Assembly (NCBI GenBank): GCA_038496445.1
Contig: JALMLS010000385.1
Span: 124,001 to 188,000 of the forward strand
Source of the DNA: Trichosphaerium sp. ATCC 40318
Taxonomy: Eukaryota > Protista > Tubulinea
Length of the DNA: 64,000 nt
Reading direction: 5' to 3'
The translations under genes were made by a program, and so were the position numbers. Within the stretch, counting starts at the first letter, position 1, and each line of letters begins with the position of its first letter. Positions 41,154 through 53,619 of this stretch are shown here, one piece after another. The notes beneath the pieces were generated by a model, which had not been told where the DNA came from, ran no database searches, and saw only the letters and a program-made list of their open reading frames with translations.

Positions 41154-41551
41154 GTTCATGTATAAAATTCCACTTTCTGTTGGGAAGAAAATGTAACCTA
41201 GTTGTTGGATCTATCACCTGATAAAGCAAAGAATACATCTCCAGTACTTAGAAGTATGTGCTCTAACAATTTATGTGCCACACAAGAGAAGCAGTTTGTG
41301 TACAGGAAAAGTTGTGTACAATAAGTAGATGAACATCTTTATTTGTTAACATACCAGATACTGATCCGAGAGATAGGACATTTTATGAACCAGCTGATCA
41401 CGTAGTACTGTTAACACAAGGAAGGCTGTAAAAATCAATTCAGAAAATGAAAAAAAAGAAGAAAATCCAGCGTTACATTGTGCGCTGTGTAGGGATTATT
41501 GAGTAGATATGTTGTGTACTTTAACAAAAAGATATGATCTCCTGTCAATGA

Positions 41552-41775
41552 CCCATTGTCTAAGTGCCACTCTTCGGCTTCACCGTGCTTCTCACCGTGT
41601 TGCCACTGTACACTTTGGTTTCGAACCATATCTGGTCCTTTTTGTATATATCGCAGCTAGTTACCGTGCTTAGCAAATTGCTCATCAAAGCGCTCATTTG
41701 TTGAACAAAAGAGATGGAAAATCTTGTACCAGTAAGTCAAATAAAGTAAAACCAGCACGTTTCTTGGTTCTTCTT
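41552..41775 (-). pseudogene. F-box + MORN-variant pseudogene fragment
   Basis: RFDEQFAKHGN*LRY...WQHGEKHGEAEEWHLDNG matches RFDSEMNKHGKW...WNHGLQHGESKAWFENG of the 14573 gene. The conserved Trp codon is TAG here. Confidence 0.75.
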
Positions 41776-42236
41776 TTTATGCAAACAAATAAGCCTGTGC
41801 CATACCTAGATACTATCGTATGAGTAGAACACAAGTGTTTAGCATACCAGGCATTATATTGGATTGATCTGTAATGCTCTGAGCATCGCTTTTGAGACAG
41901 TTTCAAAATTCCGACATTTTACTTTTAAAAAATTACTTTAACTGTCGGTACATTTCCTCGGCACAGCATAAACGAATCGTAAAATGGCTTTTACTCCTAT
42001 AATAAAGGAAACCGGAAATATCTATTATAACTGTATAATTACTATCACGTGCAAATAAACTTCAGTGTTTTTATAGGCGAGCGGAGCAAAGGATTCATCT
42101 AAACCTTTATTGTTTGGTTATACAGTTGGTGAGCTTTGTTTTAACCCTTGTGGGTTTGCACATGTGTTGTTTTTAGTTTGTGATAATAAACAATCAGTTG
42201 ATTGTTATTGCTTCAAAAGACACATACGTCTGCTTA

Positions 42237-43196
42237 TCACCAATATAGTACTGTTGTGCCCTCATCTTGGAGTAATTTTATACCTCTAGATATATGTTTA
42301 CAACCATATAGTTTTAGCACTTTAACACTACCACCAGATAGATGAAAAATCCATTTACTTGTAGCTTTTGTAAGTGATAAATCAATTTCATGTGCACTTG
42401 CAATATATTCCATGCATGCTATTGTTATATGAGAACATTGTGCAAGGTTAATTGTATGTACACCAACCAAGGCTGAAACACCTTTATCTGTAACTGACGT
42501 TTTCTTCAGGGATATACTATGTACACCTGCCAATGCTGAAATGCCCCTATCTGTTATATGCCTATTCTCATCGAGATTGATAGTATGTACTCCTGATAAA
42601 GAACATAATACATAATCTGTAGTCTTATGCGATTTAGGTAAACTAATGTTTGGTATTCCAGCAAGCGCCTTCAAACCCATCTCAGTCACTCCATAAACAT
42701 TGTACAAACTAATAGACTTGAGATTCTTCACAAGCGGTTTTAAACCTGCATCTGTTATTGAACAACACTGTATTTCCAAGTGACGAACACCACTAATAGA
42801 CTTCATTCCTGAGTCTGTTATACAAAAATTTGTGTAAAGTTGAAGAGATTGTACTCCAGAAAGAAGAGCAAGATCTTTATCTGTTGCACCTCTGAATCTA
42901 CTTAACGAAATTCTTGTGTTTTTCAGAAGTGGGCTACCAGAAAGATAAGAACAAGATTCAGTTGATCGAGGATAAATAAAGTCGTATCCAATGTGATAAT
43001 GAATGACATTTAATAGTCGTTTACAGCTCTCAGAAACAGAAAATCTATCATAACGTCCAACCAGTTTGAGTAAATGAGCCAATATCTCTGTAGGTATATC
43101 CAATAGCTCTGTAGTACTAATTTTGTGCGTATCGCACTCAATTAGAGCCAATCGTTTGAAATTATGTTCTTTATTGGAGTCACGTGTTGAAAACAT
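42237..43196 (-). CDS. F-box + LRR protein; intronless
   Basis: LLDIPTEILAHLL..SESCKRL..IHYHIGY..LSGSPLLKNTRISL, then GVHxIxL repeats. Confidence 0.9.
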   Translation of the reverse strand: MFSTRDSNKEHNFKRLALIECDTHKISTTELLDIPTEILAHLLKLVGRYDRFSVSESCKRLLNVIHYHIGYDFIYPRSTESCSYLSGSPLLKNTRISLSRFRGATDKDLALLSGVQSLQLYTNFCITDSGMKSISGVRHLEIQCCSITDAGLKPLVKNLKSISLYNVYGVTEMGLKALAGIPNISLPKSHKTTDYVLCSLSGVHTINLDENRHITDRGISALAGVHSISLKKTSVTDKGVSALVGVHTINLAQCSHITIACMEYIASAHEIDLSLTKATSKWIFHLSGGSVKVLKLYGCKHISRGIKLLQDEGTTVLYW

Positions 43197-43619
43197 AAGA
43201 AACGAAACAATTTTGCGTAAATTGGAGTTTTTATGTTTAAAACACCAAGTTGAAATGCTTGGACTGTTTTAGTACTCAAACACCTAATTGTCTCCCTTCT
43301 CAGAGGGTTAGTTAACCCTCTTTTGGCGACTAAAGATATGCAGAGACTATGTGCTTCCTTTGACACAATTCATTGGAATACAAAAAAATACAAGCAAGAT
43401 GCTTTACTTGAAACGTAGGTTTAATGAATGATACACTACAATCACAAGATAGATACCAAAGAGATTTTGTTAATAACAACAACCACAAATTCCTATCAAA
43501 AGAAAGGAGGAACCTGTGGAGTTGGAGAAATACGGAATTAGAAAGAGAGGAGAAGAAATCCGCTTTTCTTTCTTTTGTTTTCTTCTTCACTCAAATAAAA
43601 ATCGTTTCCTTTTGTTGAT

Positions 43620-44999
43620 TTACCACAACCATCCTTTCTTCTCTTCTTTTGCGAGTTCTTGGAGGTATGCTTGCTTCTCTTGCCACAATTTCCTGGCTTT
43701 ATCAGAACGGTAGTTACCCCATCCAGCGAAACCAGTTACGTTAGGATAGATCCATGGGAAAATTTGCCAACCCTGAGATGAAGTTAGTACAAGTAAACAA
43801 TGCATCGTAGTGTGATAAAATATCGTTCAGTATTTTGGTGTGGAACAAAAAAATCCAAAAAGGTTAAGAGGGCCCGATCGGATTTGAACCGACGACCGAT
43901 CGGACTGCAGCCGACTGCTCTACCGCTGAGCTACAGACCCTTCATTGGGAATTACAGCGTTAACTGCGCGCCCTGGCCATAGTGGAGAGCACAAGCTATA
44001 CTAGCGAATCAACTAGCTTTGAAAAAATGTGTTGGAAAAACTTTTTTTCAATTTTCTTCAAAACGAAATTTTCAAACAACAAAATTCTTAACGCTCTTGA
44101 TTTAACAACCGTTTGTTTTACCCGCAAATGAGTACGGTACGATTTAGAGTATCAAAAGCAAACAATAGAGGTGTAATGGAATAGGACAACACCCAAAACA
44201 ACAGCGTAGAAGTAAAAAAGAAAGGTTGTTCAAAAAAACTTGTCGGATGGTGTTACGTACAGTGGTAATTTGAATATCTTCGTATATGTTGATACAAATA
44301 CCCCAAATCAACATAACAGCGACGTAAGGTATACCAAGCATAAAACTGCGTTGATAGGTGTAGTTCATGTATCCATGTTTCTCACCGTGTGCCCAAGCTT
44401 CTTCGTTAGTCCTGTAAAAGCAGTTAAATCAGAGCGCCTGTCGAGAGGAACAGGAAAATGCTGCGTGCGCAGAAGGATTTATCGCTAACTGTAACGTTTT
44501 TATACTAGTTTTTCAGCGGTAAAAATCGTTTTGGCGTTGTTATTAGTGTTAGTGGCGTTTACCTTGGTTCGAACTCCCAGTGCCTATATTATGTTAGATT
44601 CAGGTATTTTATGTAATAATTAGAACGGCAAGCGGCTTTTGCAGAGTTAATTGGTTTTTTGAAGCAAATTTTTAATTGCCAGCGGTAAGAATGATAAAAT
44701 TAAGCGCAATAAGGTAAATAGAGGTAGCACGTACTGTCTGTATTTGCCTTTGCTTGATGGTACGGTAATAATATTGTTAGTGTGGTACGTCAATTGCGTT
44801 GGCTTGGCGACTTGTTTGTCTTGTTTCGCCTCTTTTTTGGCCGCTTGTTGGGAACTCTTTTGCCTTTTGATAATATGTGGGTTCAAGCGTCTAATTACGG
44901 ACTATTGTACCTGGTCTGCATTGTGGTGGAACCTTGCTTTGTGATATTCAATACCATGTTAGGGCCAAGTGTAGCGATCTTACCAGCGTAGCGCAACAT
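43620..44999 (-). CDS. Small single-pass membrane protein with a mitochondrial presequence-like N-terminus; multi-exon
   Basis: Spliced MLRYAGKIATLGPNMVLNITKQGSTTMQTR...HWEFEPRTNEEAWAHGEKHGYMNYTYQRSFMLGIPYVAVMLIWGICINIYEDIQITT|GWQIFPW...KKGWLW. All junctions are GT-AG and in phase. Confidence 0.7.
43869..43940 (-). tRNA. tRNA-Cys (GCA), copy 1, intronic
   Basis: GGGTCTGTAGCTCAGCGGTAGAGCAGTCGGCT-GCA-GTCCGAT..GGTTCAAATCC..GGGCCCT folds as a cloverleaf; oligo-T terminator follows. Confidence 0.95.
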
Positions 45000-45086
45000 G
45001 TGGTTCAATGCTTTTGTTGAGTTTCTCGCTACAATTTGCTTAACACGTACTTTAAGCACAGAATACGAAATTCGCTTGTTGTCACA

Positions 45087-46883
45087 ATGAGGTCTGCAAT
45101 ATGTTTACTCGCCTTGGTGGTATTATGTATTGCCACAAAACCGATTACTTTGGATTTGGTCCGCATGGCTCCTAAACACACTGAATTAAGTGCCACGCCC
45201 AGAGATTACCGCACAAAATTACAAGGAGGCCACACAGTGCCAATAGGCGGATCAATTTTGTGGAAACCAACAGTATGTCAATAACGACCTTGGCTCTTTC
45301 AATGTACAACTCGTTTTAATGGCTCCACCACTTTAGGGCGCATACTATGCAAATGTCACTGTTGGGTCACCACCACAAGCAGTTTTAGCGTTATTAGATA
45401 GTGGGTGCGCTAGTCTTACACCTGAAAGAGAAATGTTATTTTAACGCTTGTACATAGAAGTTCTGACTTACTAGTAACCACAAAGATGTGCGAGGGCTGT
45501 AACAAGAACAAAGCCATAGAATTTGAGCCAAAAGACTCCAGCAGCATAAAGAATGTTGCTTGTAATGATCCTGATATTAGATGTCAAAAATGTGGATCAG
45601 AGGGTTGCGAGTTTATGAATGCGTACTTGACCTGTGCACCTGGTACGTCCCGTGAACTCCTTTTTTTTTTTTGCTAGTTTTTTTTTGTTTTTACAAGAAA
45701 GCATATTGGATGCGTTTGTATTCTCTTTTATTCGCGATTTGATAATGCTTATTATTCCGTTAAGATCCAAATCAAGTTTGTATTATGAAAGGACCAATTT
45801 ACAGAGATGTATTCGGCGTTGAGGGTACAAATCTTGGTACTCCTGTGAATTTTGGCGCTATATCTTTTATGAATATCACGTTTCCTGGAGGATTAAACGG
45901 GATTTCGGCTATTTGGGGATTATCATACAGGTACTTACTTACTTGTGGCGCCACCTTTTTGTTTTCAAGCGTTTGATTGTGCCATAATTTAACATTTTTT
46001 CTCAATAGAGGCACAACCAGTTACAATGAAGTACCTGCTTTCCAAGCTCTTGTAGATGCTCACCAGTTAGATAACGTATTTTCAATGTGTTTACATGAAC
46101 GTGGCGGTAAAATAACACTTGTACGTTGACGATAATACTCGTTATTCTTTCGTGAATCTTATGCCATTAATTTAAGGGAGGAATTGATGAAAGCTTATAC
46201 ACAGGAGATATCTCTTACACTCCAGTTACTTCTGATTATTACTACAGTATGCGTATGTTAGACCTAGAGGTTGGTGGTGAATCATTGGGATTTGATCCTA
46301 CCTTTTGGAATGCCAACGGAGGGTCTGTACTTGATAGCGGCACTTATTCTGTAAGCATTAGATTTTTTATTCACACTTAACATAATTTAGTTGTATGTAC
46401 CAGACAAAGCTTACAAGCAAATATTTAAAGCGCTGACATTACTTTGTGATAAACAGACATTAACAGGCATATGTGGTCTATCATTCCAAGATTCACTATT
46501 CGGTGGTAAGCGACTCGTAATTAACAAAAAAATCTTGTTCAATTATCTTATTTTTTTCTTTTTAGGTAAATGTTTTTCCTTGACTTCTGATCAACTGGAT
46601 GCTTTTCCAAACCTTACTGTTGTTCTTGATGGTGTAAAACTCACTGTAGAACCTGTTTACTATTTATTGAACTATGGGAGCCAAACTAACAGCAGTTACT
46701 GCTTGGGTATCCGTAAGTGTTAAACTTTTTTTTATGAATGTCATCATTAACAAATTAACAGAAAATGGCGGTCCTGGATCACTTACAATCCATGGTGATG
46801 TAGTAATGCTTGGTTACTATACAATATTCGATAGAGCGAATAAACAGATTGGATTTGCTAAGCGTAACACAGCCAACTGCTGA
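45087..46883 (+). CDS. Pepsin-family (A1) aspartic protease, secreted; multi-exon
   Basis: Signal peptide; YYANVTVGSPPQ..LLDSG; second catalytic motif SVLDSGT; YYTIFDRANKQIGFA. Confidence 0.92.
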
Positions 46884-47181
46884 TCGAAATACAAAACTCG
46901 TAAACAATAAAAAATATGTCGGAAAAACCTTTCGTTTTCAGTCAAACACGCTCTGTTAGTTAGAGCAAAGGCTGCTCGCCTGCTAATTGATAATTTTAGA
47001 CGTAGTGGGATAGTTTGCCTGCTGCAGTGCGCTTTTAGCTTGCCATGCAGGAAAATGGCGGGAATATAGCTCGTTATATTGGGCTGTCAAACGTGTACTA
47101 GGTCAAAAACAAGCTGATTTTAATGCTGAAAGCATTTTTTTTTGATTGTTTCGTGTAGTTTTGTATCTACTTCTCAATGAA

Positions 47182-47253
47182 GGGTCTGTAGCTCAGCGGT
47201 AGAGCAGTCGGCTGCAGTCCGATCGGTCGTCGGTTCAAATCCGATCGGGCCCT
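47182..47253 (+). tRNA. tRNA-Cys (GCA), copy 2
   Basis: Exact reverse complement of 43869-43940; TTTTT terminator. Confidence 0.95.
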
Positions 47254-47435
47254 CTTAACCTTTTTGGATTTTTTCAACTTATGTTTTGTCAATGTCCTTT
47301 TCTTTCTTCCTAATTAAGACAATTTTTAACAGTCGGAATCAGTTTTTGCGCACGCGTAGTTGCAGGTGGCTACGCCAGGCTTAGTCTCACAATTGCGTGC
47401 CACTTAAAAAAACTGAATAAGTAAGATTAATTAGC

Positions 47436-50222
47436 ATGAGAGGGCTTTATCTTCTCGCATTATTAATTACCCTGTGTATTGCTTTCTCTCCTGGAGATTA
47501 TGACCACAGGCAGGAACTACAATTAGATAGATTTGAAGTTTTCTGGAAAGTAGACTTTAAAAATGAAGAAATAAACATGGCAGTGAGGGCTCATGAAGAA
47601 GACGCGTGGGTTGGATTTGGTGAGAACTTTGTGGTGTTATACGTACACAAACTAACTTCTCTTAGGCGTTGCTGAGTTCACCACGGGCGCTATGCCAGGC
47701 ACGTGACTATACAAAACAGAAATAGGCCACCTTGTAATTTTGCGAATACGAAAAAGACTTATGCGGTGCTTTAGGCGCTGACATCATTATGCTTAACTTT
47801 GGACCAAACGGAGAACCTCAAATAACTGATAGACATGCGTTAACGTTTTCTGAGCCTGTGATAGACAAGTGCCAAGACTGGGAGCTCGTAGGAGGCGAAC
47901 AGTACGCTGTCACAAAATTGTCCTTTGTTGTTTGAATTTAACACGTATTTTTTCTGAAAGAGGTGACGGTTACACTACCTTTCATGTCAAGCGTAAATTT
48001 GATACAGGCGATACACAAGATAGACAGATTATTGAAGGAGAAAACAGGTTTGTCACAAAAAAATCACGTGATTTTACGTGGGTGAGCTAACTTTTGTTGT
48101 TCGAAACGAAAAGAGTTATTTGGGGTATAGGGCCTTCAAATGATATTCGCTATAAGCATCCTTCTGATTCTGATCATCGTGGATCTACTGTTGTTGCTTT
48201 CTGGGGAGAACCTACACCTTGGAATGATACAGATCCTCTTGTATCAACATACGAGATGACCATGCCTGGTATAACTATTCCAAGCGATAGAGTAACAACG
48301 TACATGTGTCAGTCACTTGTTCTTCCAGGTAATAACCTATAACCTATAACGCCCTCAAACGGTTATTTGCTTATATCATATTAGAGGTATCAGAGGCGCA
48401 TATTATCAGGATTGATCCTATCGTAGAAAAGGTAACAAAGTATTTGTAAAAGAATAGAATAAGTGATTTTTTGTTTACTTTTTTTTATAGTCTTCTGAAG
48501 GGGTTGTACATCACTTCTTGGTGCACTTGTGTGAGCCAACTAGTTACTGGCAAAAGTACACAAAAGCGCAAAGATGCAGTTCACCTCTAGGTGATCTTGA
48601 TTCAGGTTGCACTCAACTTCTGTTTGCATGGGCAGTTGGCGGAGTAAAGACAATGATTAAGTCGATCTATCTCATTTCTTTAGGGTTCACTTTATGTACC
48701 AGAAGAGGCTGGTTTCTTGATGGGTACAAAAGATCCTCATGCAGCTACACACGTGATAGTTGAGGTATATTAGCGTCAGTTTTCGGAACTGTTTATCAAG
48801 GGGTTTTAATACTCGTACTGTTGAGATTGACCTGATTTGTTAACCTCTACCATTAGGTTCATTACGATAATAGAAAGTTGACACCAAATATGATTGATAA
48901 TTCAGGTGTGAAAATACATTATACGCCAGAAAAGCGTAAATACGACGCAGGTATGAGTATCAAAAGTTCAACTTTATTTTTTTCATAAATTTGACACCAA
49001 AATTAGCAATGATTACACTTGGTGACTTTGCCGCTTCCTTGCCATCAATACCACCAAAGCAACAGTATATTGAGTATGAGCTCGATTGTCCTTCAGAATG
49101 TACAAAGAACTGGCCTCATGATATTCACGTGTTTGCTGATGGTTTGGTAAGTCACAAAAGAAAAATCTAAACTCCTTGTTTTTAACTAATTTTTTTCCCA
49201 ACGCTTACAGCACATGCATGAAGGTAACATCAAGTTCTTTGGTTTTTTCTATTAGTCCTTACCTTTGTGTACTAACATTATATCTAGTTGGATCTCAGAT
49301 GTGGAGTACACATCACCGTGGTGATGAATACCTTGGAATATTTAACCGAGGTCCTTTTTTTTTAATGTTAGTAAAGTACGCGATTGATTTGTTTTAGCTG
49401 ATTTCTACGAATTCGATTGGCAACAACTTGCAACACTTGATAAGATTATAAAACCTGGTGATAGAATTAACACGCACTGTGCCTATAACACAATGTGTAC
49501 GCTAATCTTTTTTTTGAGTCGCAAAAAAGCAGAACGTTGAGTACCAACATTCTTCTCCTTCAGCAGATTTACTGTCTTCTAATTTTACTTTAAGCGCGTT
49601 CAACGCCTACAAAGTTTGGTATAGACTCGACAGATGAGATGTGTATGGAGTTTATCAGCTACTATCCTGCAATGAAGAACGGTAAGTAAAATTAACCGAA
49701 AAGTACACGTGATCGCTACGAATAAGTTTGAAAGTCCACGTCAAAGCTATACATCCACCTAATATTGCTTCAATAGATAAAACTGAACCAATTGTATGGT
49801 GTGGATACCTTAAAACTGGAGCTTCATCGAATGGAACAATGTACAAACAAGATCTAAGTATACAAGTGAAATCTTATTGCTTATTGTTTAGCTGTGGCAC
49901 AATTAATGATGTAATTGCAGATCATAATCCTACAAAGAAAGATGTCCCTGGAACAGGATACTACGATTTTGGAGAACCGTGTATCACAACAAAGACAGTC
50001 ACACTTCCACCTTCGTCAGAGGAATGGTACAGGAAATCTGGAATGGAGGTACTGTTTTTTTTTGTTTTTTTTCAGATCTTCAAATGATTTACTTGCGGTT
50101 TGATTTAGGGCGCTTTAATAGCTATTATTGTCATCTTCGTTCTTACTACAATTGCGTTGGTTGTTGTTACAGTTATTAAGATTAGACGTAACTCACTTGG
50201 TAATCAATACAACCAACTTTAA
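47436..50222 (+). CDS. DOMON + copper type II monooxygenase (DBH/MOXD1-like) with C-terminal transmembrane segment
   Basis: DOMON WVGFG..MPGADI; copper ligands VHHF, EVHYDN, HMH and DEMC; FAWAVGG; GD.I.T.C.Y; transmembrane segment and terminal YNQL. GC-AG intron at 47699-47774. Confidence 0.92.
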
Positions 50223-50733
50223 TACACATGTGTTGAAACCACACGTTCTTTTAATTGAGTATTTTGATGCCAAGTCATATGAGTAGTATAAGTAAAAACA
50301 ACACTTTCTTGTGTACGAAAGAGTGCCTGTGGAAAAGCACGTGAAAAACCGTGGCTTATTTCCTTTTTATAAACTAGGTTGGTAAAAGTAAATTTGATAG
50401 TCCAGCGATTTTACTGATTGCAACTTGTTATAAATAAGCGCTGTTTGCAATACTAACTATTTCTCTGAAGCGACTTCTGCTGTTGTCAGTACACACATAC
50501 TTGATTTCTTCCGTTATGTTGTCCGGCAGGTAGCGGAATTTCCAGAGTATATATATAGAGTACGTTCAGATAAGAGTTGTTCAGTTTATTATTGTAAAAG
50601 TGAATACTGTGGATTCTAATAATAGAAAATAAGTTCTGGTCAGCAAGGTTCTTTTAAGCCTGGACTACAAAAAGGGACACAAAGCTTTGCGTACAAGAAC
50701 AAACTAACGATATACTTCGGCGGGTACTAGTAA

Positions 50734-51465
50734 ATGAAAAGTAAACGCACCAGTCAGCATACAGTCGATCTTAATAAGCTCCCAGTTGAAACAATAGTTC
50801 ATATTCTCAAACAAGCAAAGTTTACGCTTCTTTTGGCGCAAACATGCCATCTCATGCATAATATTGTCCATAACAAGGTAGGATATGGACATATCCACCT
50901 TCGAAACGAGTCTGAATTGAAAATCCTTTCTGGTAGTCCCTTACTTCAGAATACACGCATTACCCTCGCAACTGATTTTGATGTAAAAGACTATCACTTG
51001 CGCTTACTTGCAGGTGTACACACCATAAATTTGGAGTTTTGCTTTGACATAACCAACAGGGGACTAGCAGCATTGAAGGGTGTACATGAAATCCATTTGA
51101 TAGGTTGTGAAGAGATAACAGATTTATCAGCACTTGCTGGAGTACACACAATTTATTTGACTCAAATGACTGTATTTGATGAAGATTTGGAATCTTTGGC
51201 AGGTGTACACACTATCGACTTGGCTTGTAGTGTTCAAGATATAACAGATGAGGGTATAGAGGAATTGGCAGGTGTACATACCATAAATTTAGAAGATTCT
51301 AGAGTAACAGATCAAGGCCTGATGGCCTTGGCTGGTGTACATACTATTTATTTAGATGATTGTGGACTTGCTTCCTCTCGCAAATTAAAAAGCAGCTGCA
51401 CTCCGATCAGATGTAATACATCAACAGACGCAAGGTCACATCGTTCTCTTACATGCCATAAATAA
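50734..51465 (+). CDS. F-box + LRR protein; intronless, C-terminus possibly truncated
   Basis: LNKLPVETIVHIL..AQTCHLM..VGY..LSGSPLLQNTRI, then GVHTIxL repeats that end abruptly. Confidence 0.85.
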   Translation: MKSKRTSQHTVDLNKLPVETIVHILKQAKFTLLLAQTCHLMHNIVHNKVGYGHIHLRNESELKILSGSPLLQNTRITLATDFDVKDYHLRLLAGVHTINLEFCFDITNRGLAALKGVHEIHLIGCEEITDLSALAGVHTIYLTQMTVFDEDLESLAGVHTIDLACSVQDITDEGIEELAGVHTINLEDSRVTDQGLMALAGVHTIYLDDCGLASSRKLKSSCTPIRCNTSTDARSHRSLTCHK

Positions 51466-51762
51466 AAACGACACTGTTCATTTACAACTGAATTGTTATT
51501 TGATATTTCACCGGATAAACAAAATGTACACGTGACTTAAAAATAACGTTTTCTTTTACCGGTTGTAATGTAGTTGTAAGTGGATTTATGGCGGTAGAAG
51601 TTAAGGCATTGGTGGTGCCGGAAAATCCGCGGAAACCGGCCTTACCTTTCGCTAAGGTAGGTTAGTAAATCTTGACTTATTCTAAAAAATCCCTCGGAAT
51701 ACGCGAGTACGGTGGTTCTTTTTAAGGAACCAAAAAATCATATCTACGAGGATTTCTCATCA

Positions 51763-52617
51763 ATGGCAACACTCTACTACTTGCCAGTCTCAGGTCCAAG
51801 CCGCATTGCTCATATGGCAGCATTAGCTACGAAAGCAAAAGTAAAACTCCACGTGCGCTAAATCACTTGTGATTTTCGAAAGTTAATTGTTCTAAGATTG
51901 TTGATTTGGTTAATAAAGCCAATAAAGAACCAGAGTACCTAGCAATAAATCCACTGAGTAAGATACCTGCTATGAAAAATGAAGATGGTACAATTGTTTG
52001 CGACTCAGCTGCAATAGCAAGGTAAAACATAGTTGTAGTGTAATGCCAGTAACCCTTTTTTACAGATACCTGTCTATTAAATACTCGTCTTCTCTCTATC
52101 CTGTTAGTGATCTTGCAGCGCTTGCAAAGGTACAAACTACTTACCTCGTCAAATGAATCATATTAACTATACTCCTTTTCAGGTTGACAGTGTCTTCGAA
52201 TCAGTTAGAAATGATGTGTTTCAAACGTGTTTGCAATATGGCTTGCATAAAATTGTTCTACCGGATATCCTTAAACACGGTCCTCGAGATGATGCCAAGG
52301 TAGCAGCGCTTGATGCTCAAGTAACCTCGGAAGTAAGCACCCTATATGGCACAAGGCAAAACACTAACTTGTTACAATAGCTTGAGTTCTACAACAAGAA
52401 CTACTTCAAGGAATCTCATTGGCTTGTTGGAAAGAATATGACAATCGCTGATATCGTACTGTCTGTAGGGTTATCACAGCTCTTGGTATTTGGAAAATAC
52501 GAAAAAGATCTGCCTGACAAGGTAGCACAATTCTATGAAGCTGTTCAACAAGAGCCTACATTCGTAGCTGCTCATGAACCTTTCCATGACGTGCTCAAGA
52601 AAATGGGTTTAGCTTAA
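51763..52617 (+). CDS. Glutathione S-transferase (theta-like); multi-exon
   Basis: MATLYYLPVSGPSR, EYLAINPLSKIPAM, CDSAAIARYL, WLVGKNMTIADI. Confidence 0.92.
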
Positions 52618-52853
52618 ACCTCAACTGTGTTCTCAAGATACAATGCAACTAAATAAACATCTTCAATCTCGTACTATTACTTGACGTGTAAAATTATTAC
52701 ATCTTTTTAAAACGTTAAGCGTGACTTGGGAGAAGTAACTATCGTGAGCTGCATTAACAAAAAACAATGTTGGTGTTTAACATCGCGTTCCAAACAACCT
52801 CACAAAATCTGAAATTGTAACCTCTTTATTGGATGCTTACATTACTTTTTTGA

Positions 52854-53619
52854 CTAGTCTTTCTTTGTTCAAGGATACTATCAGGGTAGCATAGTCTTGG
52901 AACCTAAAAATTCGGGGTAAGTAAAAAAATTACACGTGATTTGACGCAAGCATGTGTGTACCTTGAAATCACTTTTTCTTGGTCCAAAGAATTGATTTTT
53001 AATTGAATACGACCTTGTGATAACACTGTCATCCATTTTGTTTTCATATTCGTAAGACTCAAGCTTTCCGCTATCAGAGACAGTAGCAGTTATGGTTATA
53101 TTCGTAGGGAAACCAGGTGAAGGTGCACATGCTAGAGTATACTTGTTTCCGCTTACACTTGGTTCATCACATCTAAGACCATATTGACCTTCGAAGCTTG
53201 AACAATAAGGCCAAGAAACAGCATAAGGATAGACGCAGAAATCTATGTCGTGTGGACCCTTTTTTGGTTATTAGATTGTTTCAACAGTTGTATCGTGAAC
53301 GCTTATGCGTTTGACATACCTTAGGCGGTGCTTGATAGTAAATAAAGTGCTCTCCTGAATCTTCTTCCTCAAAATGCTCCCAGCTCACTGTTCTGTTCTT
53401 TTCTGGCTCTCTTATGTACATATAATGACCTTTACGCGATGATACGCTTGATTTGCCTGTTTTTATGTCTAGAATTGTAGTCTTTTCCGTGTAGCGTATA
53501 TTAGAGGTTTCAATGGCTGTCACAGGGTCCAAATGAAAGGTTGGCGTAAATTGTTGGTAGAACGCATTAGCGCATGCAACTGCCAGCACGAAAGTGAAAG
53601 TAAAGAGTAGCTTTGTCAT
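52854..53619 (-). CDS. Secreted beta-rich protein, possibly ependymin-related; three exons
   Basis: Signal peptide, in-phase GT-AG introns, and a C-terminal DFKVP..C. The family assignment is tentative. Confidence 0.55.
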
